The notes: generated from the letters alone by a model not told the origin. DNA of 62,431 nucleotides from Thermoleophilaceae bacterium (GCA_034664105.1 JAXDIH010000205.1:1-62431), one strand, 5' to 3'; counted from the first letter of the stretch, positions 1 to 9,591 are shown. Program-made: numbers and translations.

Positions 1-114
1 TACGCGGTCGGCGGCGGGCAGTTCCCCAGCTACGGGGCCTACAACCCCACGCTCACGATCCAGGCGCTCGCGTACATGAGCGCCGAGCGCCTGCTGGCCG
101 AGCGCGGCGCCTGA
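1..114 (+). CDS. 3' end of a CDS entering from upstream; the C-terminus resembles GMC-family oxidoreductases (tentative)
   Basis: Frame 1 is open from base 1 to TGA at 112-114. It ends ...YNPTLTIQALAYMSAERLLAERGA*. The NPTLTI.ALA motif is typical of GMC oxidoreductase C-termini, but the fragment is too short to be sure. Confidence 0.35.
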   Translation, partial: YAVGGGQFPSYGAYNPTLTIQALAYMSAERLLAERGA

Positions 115-205
115 GCGCGGCGCCTGACGCGGCGCCCGAGCGCGGCGCCTGAGCGCGGCGGCCTGACGCGGCGCCCGAGCGTGGCGCCCGAGCGCGGCGG
201 CGCGG
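100..205. repeat. Degenerate tandem array of about 7.5 copies of a 12-14 bp unit GAGCGCGGCGCCY, with a higher-order period of about 38 bp
   Basis: Direct reading gives gagcgcggcgcct / gagcgcggcgcct / gacgcggcgccc, then the same triplet repeated, then two more degenerate units. The array starts inside the last codons of the upstream CDS. Confidence 0.85.
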
Positions 206-224
206 CTTCCGCGCTCCCTCACGC

Positions 225-242
225 AAAAGAAACGATTCTTTT
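225..242. promoter_or_regulatory. AT-rich perfect inverted repeat AAAAGAA-N4-TTCTTTT (candidate operator)
   Basis: The motif stands out as an 18-bp AT-rich palindrome in otherwise GC-rich DNA. It lies about 30 bp upstream of a candidate -35 box. Confidence 0.3.
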
Positions 243-272
243 CGCAGAAGATCAGCAACTTCTGTATGTCCA

Positions 273-301
273 TTGACAAAAGATGGGCAGCGGGCTAGCT
301 T
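273..301 (+). promoter_or_regulatory. Candidate housekeeping-sigma promoter: TTGACA, 17-bp spacer, TAGCTT
   Basis: A consensus -35 hexamer, a 17-bp spacer and a TAnnnT -10 lie about 55 nt upstream of the ATG at 355. Confidence 0.4.
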
Positions 302-354
302 CCGCCCCGGCCCGGCAATGGGGCTGGGCGGGAGAGGAGAAGGAGAGAGTCCCC

Positions 355-1926
355 ATGTCAGATCGCAGCCCGGTCGGACGGCGGTGGCGTGTCCTTTTGT
401 GCGTGCTCGGGGCAGGGGCCGTCGCTGCGCTCGCGGGCGTCCCGGCGGGTGCGGGGGAGCGGCATCGTGCTCACGCCGGATCGGAGGGCGCAACCCCGAT
501 TCCCAAGGCCAAGGGGCCGATCCCGGTCAGCGATCAGTCGCGCATCTTCACCGTCGGCGGCACCGACCTGGCCGCCAACGGCTACGCCCTCGACGAGTTC
601 TTCGTGAGCGGCAGGGCCAACGTCTACGACTGGGGCGCCGACGGCAACTCCCGGTCCCCGCGTGTCCGCACCGCGAACGCGCCCTACACCACCCGGATGG
701 TCGTCCGGCGGCCCAAGCAGACGCGCAAGTTCAGCGGCAACGTCTGGGTCGAGCTGAACAACCCGTCGCGCGCCTACGACGCCGAGATCCAGTGGCCGGC
801 CGTGCAGGAGAAGTTCATGCGTGACGGCGACATCCACATCGGGCTCACGGTCAAGCCGATCTCGATCGCCGCGCTCAAGCGCTTCGACGCCAAGCGCTAC
901 GCGCCCCTGTCGATGGCCAACCCGCTGCCCGCCGCCGACCAGGCCTGCGGCAGCCTTCCCGGGGATCCCGGCTACAACGAGAACACCTCGAAGCTGTTCG
1001 AGAACGGGCTGGCCTGGGACATCGTCAGTCAGGTCGGGGCGCTGGTGCGCGACGGCGGGAACCGCAACCCGCTGCGCGGGTACCGCGTGCGCCACGTCTA
1101 TGCCACCGGCGAGTCGCAGACGGCGTTCTACCTGAACACCTACGTGGCCAACTTCGCGGCGGACGCGAAGCGCTCCAACGGCAAGCCCGTGTACGACGGC
1201 TATGTGTCCGTCTCCGGCGCCGGCAGGCCGAACCCGATCAACCAGTGCGTCGCCGCCACGAAGGTCGGCGACCCGCGCAGCGAGCTGCCCGCCAAGCACG
1301 AGCCGTTCATGCGGGTGGACTCCCAGTCGGAGCCGTTCGCGCTGGGCGGCTACCCGTGGCGCCGCGCCGACAGCGACGCTTCCAACGCGGGCTACCGGCT
1401 GTACGAGATCGCCGGCGCCGCGCACGGGTGGGGCCAGCTGGCCAACTACGACGTTCCGCAGGCCGACGTGAAGGCCGCGGGGGCCGTGCCGCTGCTCTAC
1501 GACGAGTGCATCGAGCCGCGCTGGAACAGCCTGCCGCGGCAGTACATCGAGCCGGCCATGTACGCGAACCTGGAGCGCTGGGTGGAGGACGGCACGCGGC
1601 CACCGCACGCCGACGTGCTCGAGACGGTCGACGGCAAGACGTTCCGCAAGGACGAGTTCGGCAACGCGCTGGGTGGCGTGCGGAACCCGTACGTCGACGT
1701 GCCGATCGCGACCTACTACGAGACGGCCAGCGGTGGCGCCTTCTGCGGCGTGCTCGGTCACCAGGACGACTTCGGCAGCGGTCAGCTGCAGTCGCTCTAC
1801 GTGACCCACCAGAACTACGTGGCCAAGGTGGCGGAGGCGACGGCGCGCATGCGGCACGCGCGCTTCGTCGAGCCGGCCGACGCCAGGGAGATCGTCCAGG
1901 AGGCTCGCTACACCCGTATCCCGTGA
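355..1926 (+). CDS. Secreted hypothetical protein with a possible alpha/beta-hydrolase fold
   Basis: Uses the ORF-track frame 283..1926. I moved the start to ATG 355, which follows a GGAGAGGAGAAGGAGAG Shine-Dalgarno-rich tract. The N-terminal signal-like segment is RRWRVLLCVLGAGAVAALAG. A GESQT motif resembles a nucleophile elbow. Confidence 0.8.
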   Translation: MSDRSPVGRRWRVLLCVLGAGAVAALAGVPAGAGERHRAHAGSEGATPIPKAKGPIPVSDQSRIFTVGGTDLAANGYALDEFFVSGRANVYDWGADGNSRSPRVRTANAPYTTRMVVRRPKQTRKFSGNVWVELNNPSRAYDAEIQWPAVQEKFMRDGDIHIGLTVKPISIAALKRFDAKRYAPLSMANPLPAADQACGSLPGDPGYNENTSKLFENGLAWDIVSQVGALVRDGGNRNPLRGYRVRHVYATGESQTAFYLNTYVANFAADAKRSNGKPVYDGYVSVSGAGRPNPINQCVAATKVGDPRSELPAKHEPFMRVDSQSEPFALGGYPWRRADSDASNAGYRLYEIAGAAHGWGQLANYDVPQADVKAAGAVPLLYDECIEPRWNSLPRQYIEPAMYANLERWVEDGTRPPHADVLETVDGKTFRKDEFGNALGGVRNPYVDVPIATYYETASGGAFCGVLGHQDDFGSGQLQSLYVTHQNYVAKVAEATARMRHARFVEPADAREIVQEARYTRIP

Positions 1927-3122
1927 TCCACGAGCTCTCGATCGATCGCGTCGGGGGAGAGGATGTGGTCGATGGCCATGACCGCCGCCCCGATCACCCC
2001 GGCGCGATCGTCGAGAGCTGAGTGCGCGATCTGGAGGTGCCGGGTCGCGAGCGCGGTCGACCGCCGGTAGACGACCTCGCGGATCCCGGCAAAGAGCTGC
2101 TCGTCGGCGGCGGCCACGTCGCCGCCGACGACGATCACCGCCGGGTTGACGGAGTTCACGAGGCTGGCGAGCACCTCGCCGATCAGCCGGCCGGCGTGGC
2201 GCACGAGGCGCACCGCCTCGGTGTTCTGGGCCTTGACCAGCGCCACGACGGCTCGGCTGTCCTCGGCGTCCAAGCCGAGCTCGCGCAGGTGGCGCGCGAG
2301 CGCGCGGCCCGACGCGATTGCCTCGAGGCACGCGATGTTGCCGCACTCGCACACCACGTCGCCGTGGCCGGCCACCTGGATGTGCCCGATGTCGCCGGCG
2401 GCGCCCTGCGCACCCCGGTAGATGTCGCCCTCGGCCACGATGCCGCAGCCGATGCCGGTGCCGACCTTGATGAAGAGCAGGTTGTCGCGCTCGGGCCAGC
2501 GCGACCAGTGCTCGCCGACGGCCATGATGTTCACGTCGTTGTCCACGAGCACGGGCACGTCGTAGGTCTCGCGCAGGGCCTCGGGGATCGGATAGTCGTC
2601 CCAGCCCGGCATGATCGGGGGGCTGGCCGGGCGTCCGGTGGCGAACTCCACCGGACCGGGCACCCCGAGCCCGATCGCACGCACGCCGGCTCGATTGCGT
2701 CCTGCCTCGGCGAGCATCGCGTCGAAGCCCTGCCCGACCCACCCGAGCACGGCCTCGGGGCCCGCGTCGATGCGGAGGTCGCGCCCCACCTCGGCCAGCA
2801 GCGACCCGCCCAGGTCGGCCAGCGCCAGGCGGGAGTGGGTGGCGCCGAGGTCCGCGCCCAGCACGAGCCCGGCGTGCGGGTTGAACTTGAGCGTCGTGGG
2901 CGGGCGGCCGCCCGTGGAGGCTCCCTCGCCGGTGGTGAGCAGCCCGAGCGCGGCAAGCGCGTCCACACGCTGGGCCACGGCCGAGCGGCCGAGGCCGGTG
3001 CGCGCGTGCAGGTCGTTCCGCGTGATCTCGCCGGCCTCCCTGATCAGTCTCAGCACCGCTCCCGGCCCGAACCCCTGGCCTCCGGCTCCGCCGCGCGGTT
3101 CCACGAGCAGAGAGTGAAGCAC
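1908..3122 (-). CDS. ROK-family transcriptional regulator
   Basis: Has a winged helix-turn-helix (EITRNDLHARTGLGRSAVAQRVDAL), a ROK sugar-kinase-like body and the Cys motif CECGNIACLE. The start is set at the in-frame GTG at 3122, because the track start at 3479 would overrun the divergent binding-protein gene. Confidence 0.85.
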   Translation of the reverse strand: MLHSLLVEPRGGAGGQGFGPGAVLRLIREAGEITRNDLHARTGLGRSAVAQRVDALAALGLLTTGEGASTGGRPPTTLKFNPHAGLVLGADLGATHSRLALADLGGSLLAEVGRDLRIDAGPEAVLGWVGQGFDAMLAEAGRNRAGVRAIGLGVPGPVEFATGRPASPPIMPGWDDYPIPEALRETYDVPVLVDNDVNIMAVGEHWSRWPERDNLLFIKVGTGIGCGIVAEGDIYRGAQGAAGDIGHIQVAGHGDVVCECGNIACLEAIASGRALARHLRELGLDAEDSRAVVALVKAQNTEAVRLVRHAGRLIGEVLASLVNSVNPAVIVVGGDVAAADEQLFAGIREVVYRRSTALATRHLQIAHSALDDRAGVIGAAVMAIDHILSPDAIDRELVDHGIRV

Positions 3123-3188
3123 GATTTGGCCGCCACTTCTGGTCGCCGACCTCACAAAGATACGCGGGGCCTGACGTAAGCCGGGCGA

Positions 3189-3227
3189 CTTTTGCTTGAG
3201 GCGAACCAAAAGTTCTGGTACGTTCGC
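3189..3227. promoter_or_regulatory. Nested inverted repeats in the ROK/binding-protein divergent intergenic region (candidate operator)
   Basis: Contains CTTTTG-N12-CAAAAG and GCGAAC-N15-GTTCGC, with GAAC/GTTC half-sites. Confidence 0.25.
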
Positions 3228-3291
3228 GCTCGCCCAGGCTCGGAGCGATTTCGGCCTCCGAGCTCGGCGAACCGAGGAGGAGGAGTCGAGC

Positions 3292-4734
3292 ATGTCGATA
3301 GTTGACCTCCCTACGACGAGGCGGGGTTTCCTCAGGACCACAGCGGCGGTTTCGGGCGGAGTCATCGCGGGTGGGGGCCTCTGGAGCTCCTGCAGCAATG
3401 ACGACTCCTCGGGCGGCGGCAAGCCCAAGACGCTGAACATGCTGTACGCGACCGTCGAGGCGAACTCGGAGGCCGTCAAGGGCGTGCTGGGTGACTACGG
3501 CAAGGAGTTCGGGATCCGCCTGAACATGGACACGATCCCCTACGACGCGCTCCAGCAGAAGGTCTTCTCGGAGCTGGCGGCTCAAAGCTCCAATTACGAC
3601 GTGATGATCGTCGACACGCCCTGGATGCCGGCGATCGTCGGCAAGATCGAGCCGCTCGGCGCCTACATCAAGAACGCCAAGGTCAACGACAAGGCCAAGG
3701 TGGACACCGAGGACTTCATCCCCAAGGTGTTCTACGACACGGCCGTCTACGACGCGAAGCAGTCGCACGTGCACTTCCCCGACAGCGAGGGCCCGCCCGA
3801 CGTGGACGGGATCCGCGCGAAGAACTTCGACATCTACGGCCTGCCGATCCAGGCGAACGCCCTGACGATGTCCTACCGGACCGACCTCTTCGACGACGCG
3901 AAGGAGAAGGCGGCGTTCAAGAGCCAGACCGGCAAGGACCTGGCCGTGCCCGCCACCTGGGACGACTTCACGGCGGTCTCGAAGTTCTTCACCCGGCCGG
4001 ACCAGAAGCTCTGGGGCTCGACGCTGATGGCCGGCGTCGGCGACTGGTCGACCGACGACTTCAAGACGCTGCTCGCCAGCTACGGGGGCGACGGCCACCT
4101 GGTCACCGACGACTTCAAGATCGCCTTCAACACGCCAGAGGGCGTGGAGGCGCTCACCTACTACACGGACCTGATCAACAGCGACAAGGTCACGCCGCCC
4201 GGCACCACCTCCGCGTCGTGGGACACCGTCACGAACACGTTCGGCTCGGGCCTGACGGCGATGGGCTTCAACTACCACAACATGGCGCTCAAGCCGAACG
4301 TCGAGGGCGCGGTCTCCTACGCCACGGTCCCGAAGAAGGTCCAGGAGGGGCCGCACTTCGGCACCTGGATGCTGAGCATCCCGAAGACCGCCAAGAACAA
4401 GGACTGGGCGTACCGCACGATCGCCTGGCTGACCAGCTCGGATGTCCAGAGCAAGATGCTCTCCAAGCAGCTGCATCCCACGCGCGTGTCGGTCTACGAC
4501 CGGGCGGCAAGCGACGCGGCGGTCAAGAAGGCGTTCGGCAACTTCTACGAGGTGCTCGGCAAGTCGCTCGAGGTGGGAGTGGGCCGGGCCCGGCTGACGA
4601 ACTACGGCGACGTGTCGAACGCCGTGGCGGTGGCCGTGAACAAGGCCGCGACGGGCAGCCAGTCGCCCAAGGACGCGCTCGCCTCCGCAGCGGGAGAGAC
4701 CGAGAACGCCCTGAAGCAGGCCGGCTACCTCTAG
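3292..4734 (+). CDS. Sugar ABC transporter substrate-binding protein (family 1 solute-binding protein)
   Basis: ATG at 3292 follows GAGGAGGAGGAG. The leader is Tat-like (TRRGFLRTTAAV) and is followed by a Cys (LWSSCSND). The body looks like an extracellular solute-binding protein. Confidence 0.9.
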   Translation: MSIVDLPTTRRGFLRTTAAVSGGVIAGGGLWSSCSNDDSSGGGKPKTLNMLYATVEANSEAVKGVLGDYGKEFGIRLNMDTIPYDALQQKVFSELAAQSSNYDVMIVDTPWMPAIVGKIEPLGAYIKNAKVNDKAKVDTEDFIPKVFYDTAVYDAKQSHVHFPDSEGPPDVDGIRAKNFDIYGLPIQANALTMSYRTDLFDDAKEKAAFKSQTGKDLAVPATWDDFTAVSKFFTRPDQKLWGSTLMAGVGDWSTDDFKTLLASYGGDGHLVTDDFKIAFNTPEGVEALTYYTDLINSDKVTPPGTTSASWDTVTNTFGSGLTAMGFNYHNMALKPNVEGAVSYATVPKKVQEGPHFGTWMLSIPKTAKNKDWAYRTIAWLTSSDVQSKMLSKQLHPTRVSVYDRAASDAAVKKAFGNFYEVLGKSLEVGVGRARLTNYGDVSNAVAVAVNKAATGSQSPKDALASAAGETENALKQAGYL

Positions 4735-4737
4735 GCG

Positions 4738-5646
4738 TTGGTCGGGGGTCGCAAGAGGCGCTCCGCGGAAGGGCGAGCCGGGTGGCTGCTGGTGGCGCCG
4801 GCGGTGGCGATCCTCGCCGCGCTCACGATCGCGCCGGCTGTCTACCTGCTCTATTCGAGCTTCTTCGACTTCACGCTGCTCGGCACCACACCGCGGCAGT
4901 ACACCGGCTTCGACAACTACCAGTTCGTCTTCACGGATGGCACGGTCCGCCACGACCTGCTGATCACGCTCGCCTTCGTGGCGATCGCGGTCAGCCTGGA
5001 GATGGTGCTCGGGCTGCTGATCGCGGTCCCGCTGGCCCGGCGCACCCTCTCCAACAGCATCGCGTCGACGCTGCTGCTGGTGCCGTTCGCGATGACTCCG
5101 GCGGTGTCGGCGCTGATCTGGCGGCAGCTGCTCGACCCGAACTTCGGCTGGATCGACTACTACGCCGGCAAGCTCGGGGTGATGGGCTCGCCGGTCGAGT
5201 GGCTCAGCCATTCCAGCACCGCCTGGGTGGCGCTCGTGGGGCTCGACGTCTGGCAGTGGACCCCGTTCGTCGCGCTCGTGCTGATCGCCGGCCTCCAGGG
5301 CGTGGACGAGGAGCCGCGCCAGGCCGCGGCCGTCGACGGCGCCACGCGCTGGCAGCAGTTCCGCTACGTGACGCTGCCCCTGCTCATGCCGTTCATCGCC
5401 ATCGCGCTGCTGCTGCGCGTGGTTGAGGCGTTCAAGACGTTCGCGACGGTGAACGTGCTCACCGGCGGCGGCCCCGGCCGTTCGACCGAGCTGATCAACC
5501 TCACGATCTACCGCGTGGCCCTGCAGGACTTCTCGATCGGCTCAGCGGCCGCCCTCGGCGTCGTGTTCCTGATCCTGCTGCTGCTGATCGTGCCCCAGAT
5601 CCTGCGCCTGGTCACGCGCCACACCGACGTGCTGGAGGCGCGATGA
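4738..5646 (+). CDS. Sugar ABC transporter permease (MalF/UgpA-like)
   Basis: Has six predicted hydrophobic segments. Contains the EAA-type loop EEPRQAAAVDGATRWQQFRYVTLP. Confidence 0.9.
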   Translation: MVGGRKRRSAEGRAGWLLVAPAVAILAALTIAPAVYLLYSSFFDFTLLGTTPRQYTGFDNYQFVFTDGTVRHDLLITLAFVAIAVSLEMVLGLLIAVPLARRTLSNSIASTLLLVPFAMTPAVSALIWRQLLDPNFGWIDYYAGKLGVMGSPVEWLSHSSTAWVALVGLDVWQWTPFVALVLIAGLQGVDEEPRQAAAVDGATRWQQFRYVTLPLLMPFIAIALLLRVVEAFKTFATVNVLTGGGPGRSTELINLTIYRVALQDFSIGSAAALGVVFLILLLLIVPQILRLVTRHTDVLEAR

Positions 5647-6473
5647 CGCGCGGTGCCCGCGTGGTCGGCCGCGCGGCGGTGTGGCTCTGGATCCTGGCGG
5701 CGATGGTGCCGTTCGTGTTCATCCTGGTGACCTCCATCAAGCCCGGCTCGATCGCGATCTCGGTGCCGCCGGAGTGGAGCTTCACGCCGACGCTCCAGAA
5801 CTACTCGGACATCCTCAGCGGGAACACGGCGTCGTCGGAGGCCTTCGCGCCGCTCGTCTGGCACAGCGCGATCGTCTCGCTGTCGTCGACGGCGCTGGCC
5901 GTGGCCGTCGGCCTGCCGGCCGCGTACGCGCTCACGATGTCGCGCTTCCGCCCGCGGCGAGCACTGTCGAGCTGGATCCTCTCCACGATCATGTTCCCGC
6001 CGATCGTGGCGGTCGTCCCGGTGTTCATCCTCGCCGGCAAGCTTCAGCTCACGGACACCTATCCGGTGCTGGTGATCCCGTACGCCGCGTTCAACCTGCC
6101 GATGGTGATCTGGGTGCTGCGCAGCACGATCAACCAGATCCCGCGCGAGGTCGAGCAGGCGGCGCTGGTGGACGGCGCCACTCGCACCGGCGTGCTGCTG
6201 CGCGTGATCCTGCCGCTCGTCATGCCGGGCGTGGCCACGGCGGCGATCCTCAGCATCGTCCTGTCGTGGAACGAGTTCCTGTTCGCGCTCACGCTCACGC
6301 GCGAGCACGTGAAGACCGCGCCGGTGGGGGTGGCTGAGTTCACCGGCCTGTTCGGCACCCAGTACGGCTACCTCACGGCGGCGAGCGTCGTGATCGTGGC
6401 GCCGATCCTGGTGCTCGTGATGATCCTGCGCCGGCGCTTCGTCTCCGGCCTCACGTTTGGAGCGGTCAAGTGA
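5643..6473 (+). CDS. Sugar ABC transporter permease (MalG/UgpE-like)
   Basis: Shares an ATGA overlap with the upstream permease. Contains the EAA loop EVEQAALVDGATRTGVLLRVILP. Confidence 0.9.
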   Translation: MTRGARVVGRAAVWLWILAAMVPFVFILVTSIKPGSIAISVPPEWSFTPTLQNYSDILSGNTASSEAFAPLVWHSAIVSLSSTALAVAVGLPAAYALTMSRFRPRRALSSWILSTIMFPPIVAVVPVFILAGKLQLTDTYPVLVIPYAAFNLPMVIWVLRSTINQIPREVEQAALVDGATRTGVLLRVILPLVMPGVATAAILSIVLSWNEFLFALTLTREHVKTAPVGVAEFTGLFGTQYGYLTAASVVIVAPILVLVMILRRRFVSGLTFGAVK

Positions 6474-6489
6474 TCGAAGAGGAGGACGG

Positions 6490-7521
6490 ATGAAGGCCGT
6501 GCTGCTGCCGGGCGACCGGCGGGTGGAGGTCGTCGACAGGCCCGAGCCCACGCCGGGGCCGGGCGAGGTCGTTGTCAGGACGCGGGCATCCGCGCTCTGC
6601 CGCAGCGACATGTCGCTCTACTACGGGACCCCGATCGTCGGCGGCGAGGACGCCGGCAAGGGCTTGGTGGTGCCCGGCCACGAGCCCGCGGGCGACGTGG
6701 TCGAGGTGGGGCCGGGCGTCGAGAGCGTGGCCGCCGGCGACCGCGTGACGATCTACCTCGCGATCGGGTGCGGCCACTGCGAGCACTGCCTGCGCGGGTA
6801 CCGCATGCTGTGCGAGAGCTGGAAGTGCGTCGGCTTCGACGTCGACGGCGGCGACGCCGACTACCTGGTCGTGCCGGCCGTCAACTGCCTGAGGCTGCCG
6901 GAGGAGCTGTCGTACGAGGCCGGCGCCGTGCTGACCGACATGGTCGGCACCCAGTACCACACCCAGAAGCGCCTGAACGTGTCCGGCGCGACCACCGTCG
7001 CGATCTTCGGCCTCGGGCCGATGGGCGCCGCGGGCGTGCTGGTGGCGAAGGGCCGCGGCGCGCGGGTGATCGCCCTCGACGTGATCGACGCGCGCCTGCA
7101 GCTGGCCGGCGAGCTGGGCGCCGACGAGGCCGTCAACAGCCAGCGTGCGGATCCGGTCGAGCGGCTGCTGGAGCTCACCGGCGGGCAGGGTGTGGACGTG
7201 GCGGTCGACTGCTCCGGCGCGCCGCCCGCGCAGAACGCGGCGCTGGACGCGGCGCGCCGCCAGGGTGCGGTCGCGTTCGTGGGGGAGTCGAGGGAGACCA
7301 CGATCAACCCCAGCGATCAGATCATCCGCAAGCTGCTGCGCGTGATCGGCGGGTGGTACTTCCCGCTCTGGGAGTACCGCGAGATCGCGGACTTCGTGGT
7401 CGGGCGCGGGCTTGCCCCCGAGCGGCTCATAACCCACCGCTTCCCTCTGGGCGAGGCCGAGACGGCCTTCCGGATGTTCGACGAGCGGACGACTGAGAAG
7501 GCGGTGTTCGTGTGGGACTGA
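6490..7521 (+). CDS. Zn-dependent alcohol/polyol dehydrogenase (MDR family)
   Basis: Contains the GHEPAGDVVEVG motif, the structural-zinc cluster CGHCEHCLRGYRMLC and the Rossmann motif FGLGPMG. Start set at ATG 6490 after GGAGGACGG. Confidence 0.9.
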   Translation: MKAVLLPGDRRVEVVDRPEPTPGPGEVVVRTRASALCRSDMSLYYGTPIVGGEDAGKGLVVPGHEPAGDVVEVGPGVESVAAGDRVTIYLAIGCGHCEHCLRGYRMLCESWKCVGFDVDGGDADYLVVPAVNCLRLPEELSYEAGAVLTDMVGTQYHTQKRLNVSGATTVAIFGLGPMGAAGVLVAKGRGARVIALDVIDARLQLAGELGADEAVNSQRADPVERLLELTGGQGVDVAVDCSGAPPAQNAALDAARRQGAVAFVGESRETTINPSDQIIRKLLRVIGGWYFPLWEYREIADFVVGRGLAPERLITHRFPLGEAETAFRMFDERTTEKAVFVWD

Positions 7522-7527
7522 TGCCGA

Positions 7528-8727
7528 GTGGCTGAGATCGACCTGGAGGCGGTGACCAAGGTCTACGAGGACGGGACCGAGGCGGTGTCGGACCTCAACC
7601 TGAAGCTCGAGGACGGCAGCGTGCTGGTGCTGGTCGGACCGTCGGGGTGCGGGAAGTCCACGGCCCTGAAGATGATCGCCGGCCTCGAGGAGATCACGTC
7701 GGGCACCATCCGGATCGGCGACCGCGTGGTCAATGACGTGGAGCCCGGCGAGCGCGACGTGGCGATGGTCTTCCAGAACTACGCGCTCTACCCGCACATG
7801 TCGGTCCACGACAACATGGCCTTCGCGCTCAAGCTGCGCAAGGTGGACCGCGACGAGCGCGACCGGCGCGTGCGCGAGGTGGCGTCGTCGCTGAGCATCG
7901 CCGAGCTGCTCAAGAAGAAGCCGCGCCACCTGTCCGGCGGGCAGCGCCAGCGGGTGGCGATGGGGCGGGCGATCATCCGGCGGCCGCAGGCGTTCCTGAT
8001 GGACGAGCCGCTCTCCAACCTGGACGCGAAGCTGCGCCTCCAGACGCGCTCGCAGATCGCCCGCCTGCAGCGCGAGCTCGGCGTGACGATGCTCTACGTG
8101 ACGCACGACCAGACCGAGGCGCTCACGCTGGGCGACCAGGTGGCGGTCATGAGTCGTGGCGTCGTCCGGCAGATCGACCCTCCCGAGCGGCTCTACGGGC
8201 GCCCCGAGGACCTGTTCGTGGCCAGCTTCATCGGCTCGCCGCCGATGAACCTGGTGGGCGCCCGGGTGTCGCGCGAGGGCGGTTCGCTGCAGCTGAGCTT
8301 CGCCGGCTTCACGGTCCCGATCGACCCCGAGCTGGCCGCCGGCCAGCCCGCGCTCGCGCGCTACGTCGATCGCGAGCTGGTGCTCGGCGTCCGGCCGGAG
8401 GACCTGGGCGAGGCCAACGGCGACGCCCGCCGCACCCGCATCCCGGCGGTGGTGGAGCTGCGCGAGTCGCTTGGCTCGGAGATCTACGTCCACTTCGACG
8501 TCGAGGCGCCACCCGTCGTGACCAGCCAGACGCGCGAGGTGGCCGCCGACCTCAGCGACGAGGCGGTCGAGGAGCTCGAGCGCCAGGCGGCCTCGCGGAC
8601 CACGACGTTCGTCGCGCGCCTGGACGCGCGGTCGGCGGCGCGGGAGGGCGACCGCATCGAGCTGGCGATCGACCCGCGCGGCCTGCATTTCTTCGACCCC
8701 GACAGCGGCAGGCGCATCGAGTCCTGA
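7528..8727 (+). CDS. Sugar ABC transporter ATP-binding protein (MalK/UgpC/MsiK-like)
   Basis: Has Walker A GPSGCGKST, signature LSGGQRQRV and Walker B FLMDEPLS. The C-terminal domain is TOBE-like. Confidence 0.95.
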   Translation: MAEIDLEAVTKVYEDGTEAVSDLNLKLEDGSVLVLVGPSGCGKSTALKMIAGLEEITSGTIRIGDRVVNDVEPGERDVAMVFQNYALYPHMSVHDNMAFALKLRKVDRDERDRRVREVASSLSIAELLKKKPRHLSGGQRQRVAMGRAIIRRPQAFLMDEPLSNLDAKLRLQTRSQIARLQRELGVTMLYVTHDQTEALTLGDQVAVMSRGVVRQIDPPERLYGRPEDLFVASFIGSPPMNLVGARVSREGGSLQLSFAGFTVPIDPELAAGQPALARYVDRELVLGVRPEDLGEANGDARRTRIPAVVELRESLGSEIYVHFDVEAPPVVTSQTREVAADLSDEAVEELERQAASRTTTFVARLDARSAAREGDRIELAIDPRGLHFFDPDSGRRIES

Positions 8728-8741
8728 AAGGAGCACACGAA

Positions 8742-9560
8742 ATGAAGCTCTCCTTCAACACCTGGGTGTTCTGCAGCTTCCCGGCGTGGCTGCCGACGCG
8801 CTCGCTCGACGATGTGATCGACGAGCTGGCGGTCGCCGGCTACGACGGCATCGAGATCGGCGCCGCAGCGCCGCACGCCTACCCCGACTATCTCGACGTC
8901 ACCCGCCGCGGCGAGATCAACGCTCGGCTCGAGCAGCGCGGGCTGACGGTGTCGGCCCTCTGCCCGGCGCTTGGGGGCGGACCGGGCTTCAACCCGGTGA
9001 GCCCCGAGGAGGCCGAGCGCAGCGCCGGACTGGAGTACATGCGGGCCTGCGTCGACCTCGCCGGCGACCTGGGCTGCCCCAACGTGATCTGGTTGGGCGG
9101 ATGGCGGCGCCATGGCCAGGAGCGCGCCGCGGCCTGGGAGCTGGCCGTGACGAACCTCCGGCAGTGCGCCGCGGCGGCGCGCGAGAGCGGCGTGCGGCTG
9201 GTCGTGGAGCCGACGCCGGCGGACTCGAACCTGCTCGAGCACCCGGGCGACTGCAAGCGCCTGATCGCCGACGCGGGCGTGGACGCCGGCGTCATGATCG
9301 ACACCTTCCACGTGCTGCATCGCCACGACGAGCTGGGGGACGCGGTGGCCGAGTCGGGCGACGCGCTGGAGTACGTGCACGTGTCCGACGAGGGCCGCGA
9401 CGCGCCGGGCACGCACCGCCACTTCGGGTCGTTCGTGGCGGCCCTGAAGGAAGCCGGCTACGACGGCTGGCTGTCCATGGAGGTCGGCTTCAACCGCCGC
9501 GAGGTCGATCCGGTGACGCTGGTGCGCGCGAGCGCGGCGCACATGCGCGAGATCATGTAG
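8742..9560 (+). CDS. Sugar phosphate isomerase/epimerase (xylose-isomerase-like TIM barrel)
   Basis: The 272-aa length and overall pattern fit this family. Supporting motifs are GYDGIEIG...HVLH...YVHVSD. Confidence 0.8.
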   Translation: MKLSFNTWVFCSFPAWLPTRSLDDVIDELAVAGYDGIEIGAAAPHAYPDYLDVTRRGEINARLEQRGLTVSALCPALGGGPGFNPVSPEEAERSAGLEYMRACVDLAGDLGCPNVIWLGGWRRHGQERAAAWELAVTNLRQCAAAARESGVRLVVEPTPADSNLLEHPGDCKRLIADAGVDAGVMIDTFHVLHRHDELGDAVAESGDALEYVHVSDEGRDAPGTHRHFGSFVAALKEAGYDGWLSMEVGFNRREVDPVTLVRASAAHMREIM

Positions 9561-9591
9561 CGGGGCTCGCAAACCTAGCCATACTCAGTGT

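Noticed and set aside
358-5211. Very long ORFs in the six-frame track. Examples are 358..5211 (-) at 1617 aa, 6466..8736 (-), 12974..14644 (+), 31275..33482 (+), 33590..37393 (+) and 36832..38718 (+).
   Set aside because: They are Arg/Ala/Pro/Gly-rich with no recognisable motifs. They lie antisense to, or out of frame with, genes that have clear family signatures. Stop-poor alternative frames like these are typical of very GC-rich DNA.
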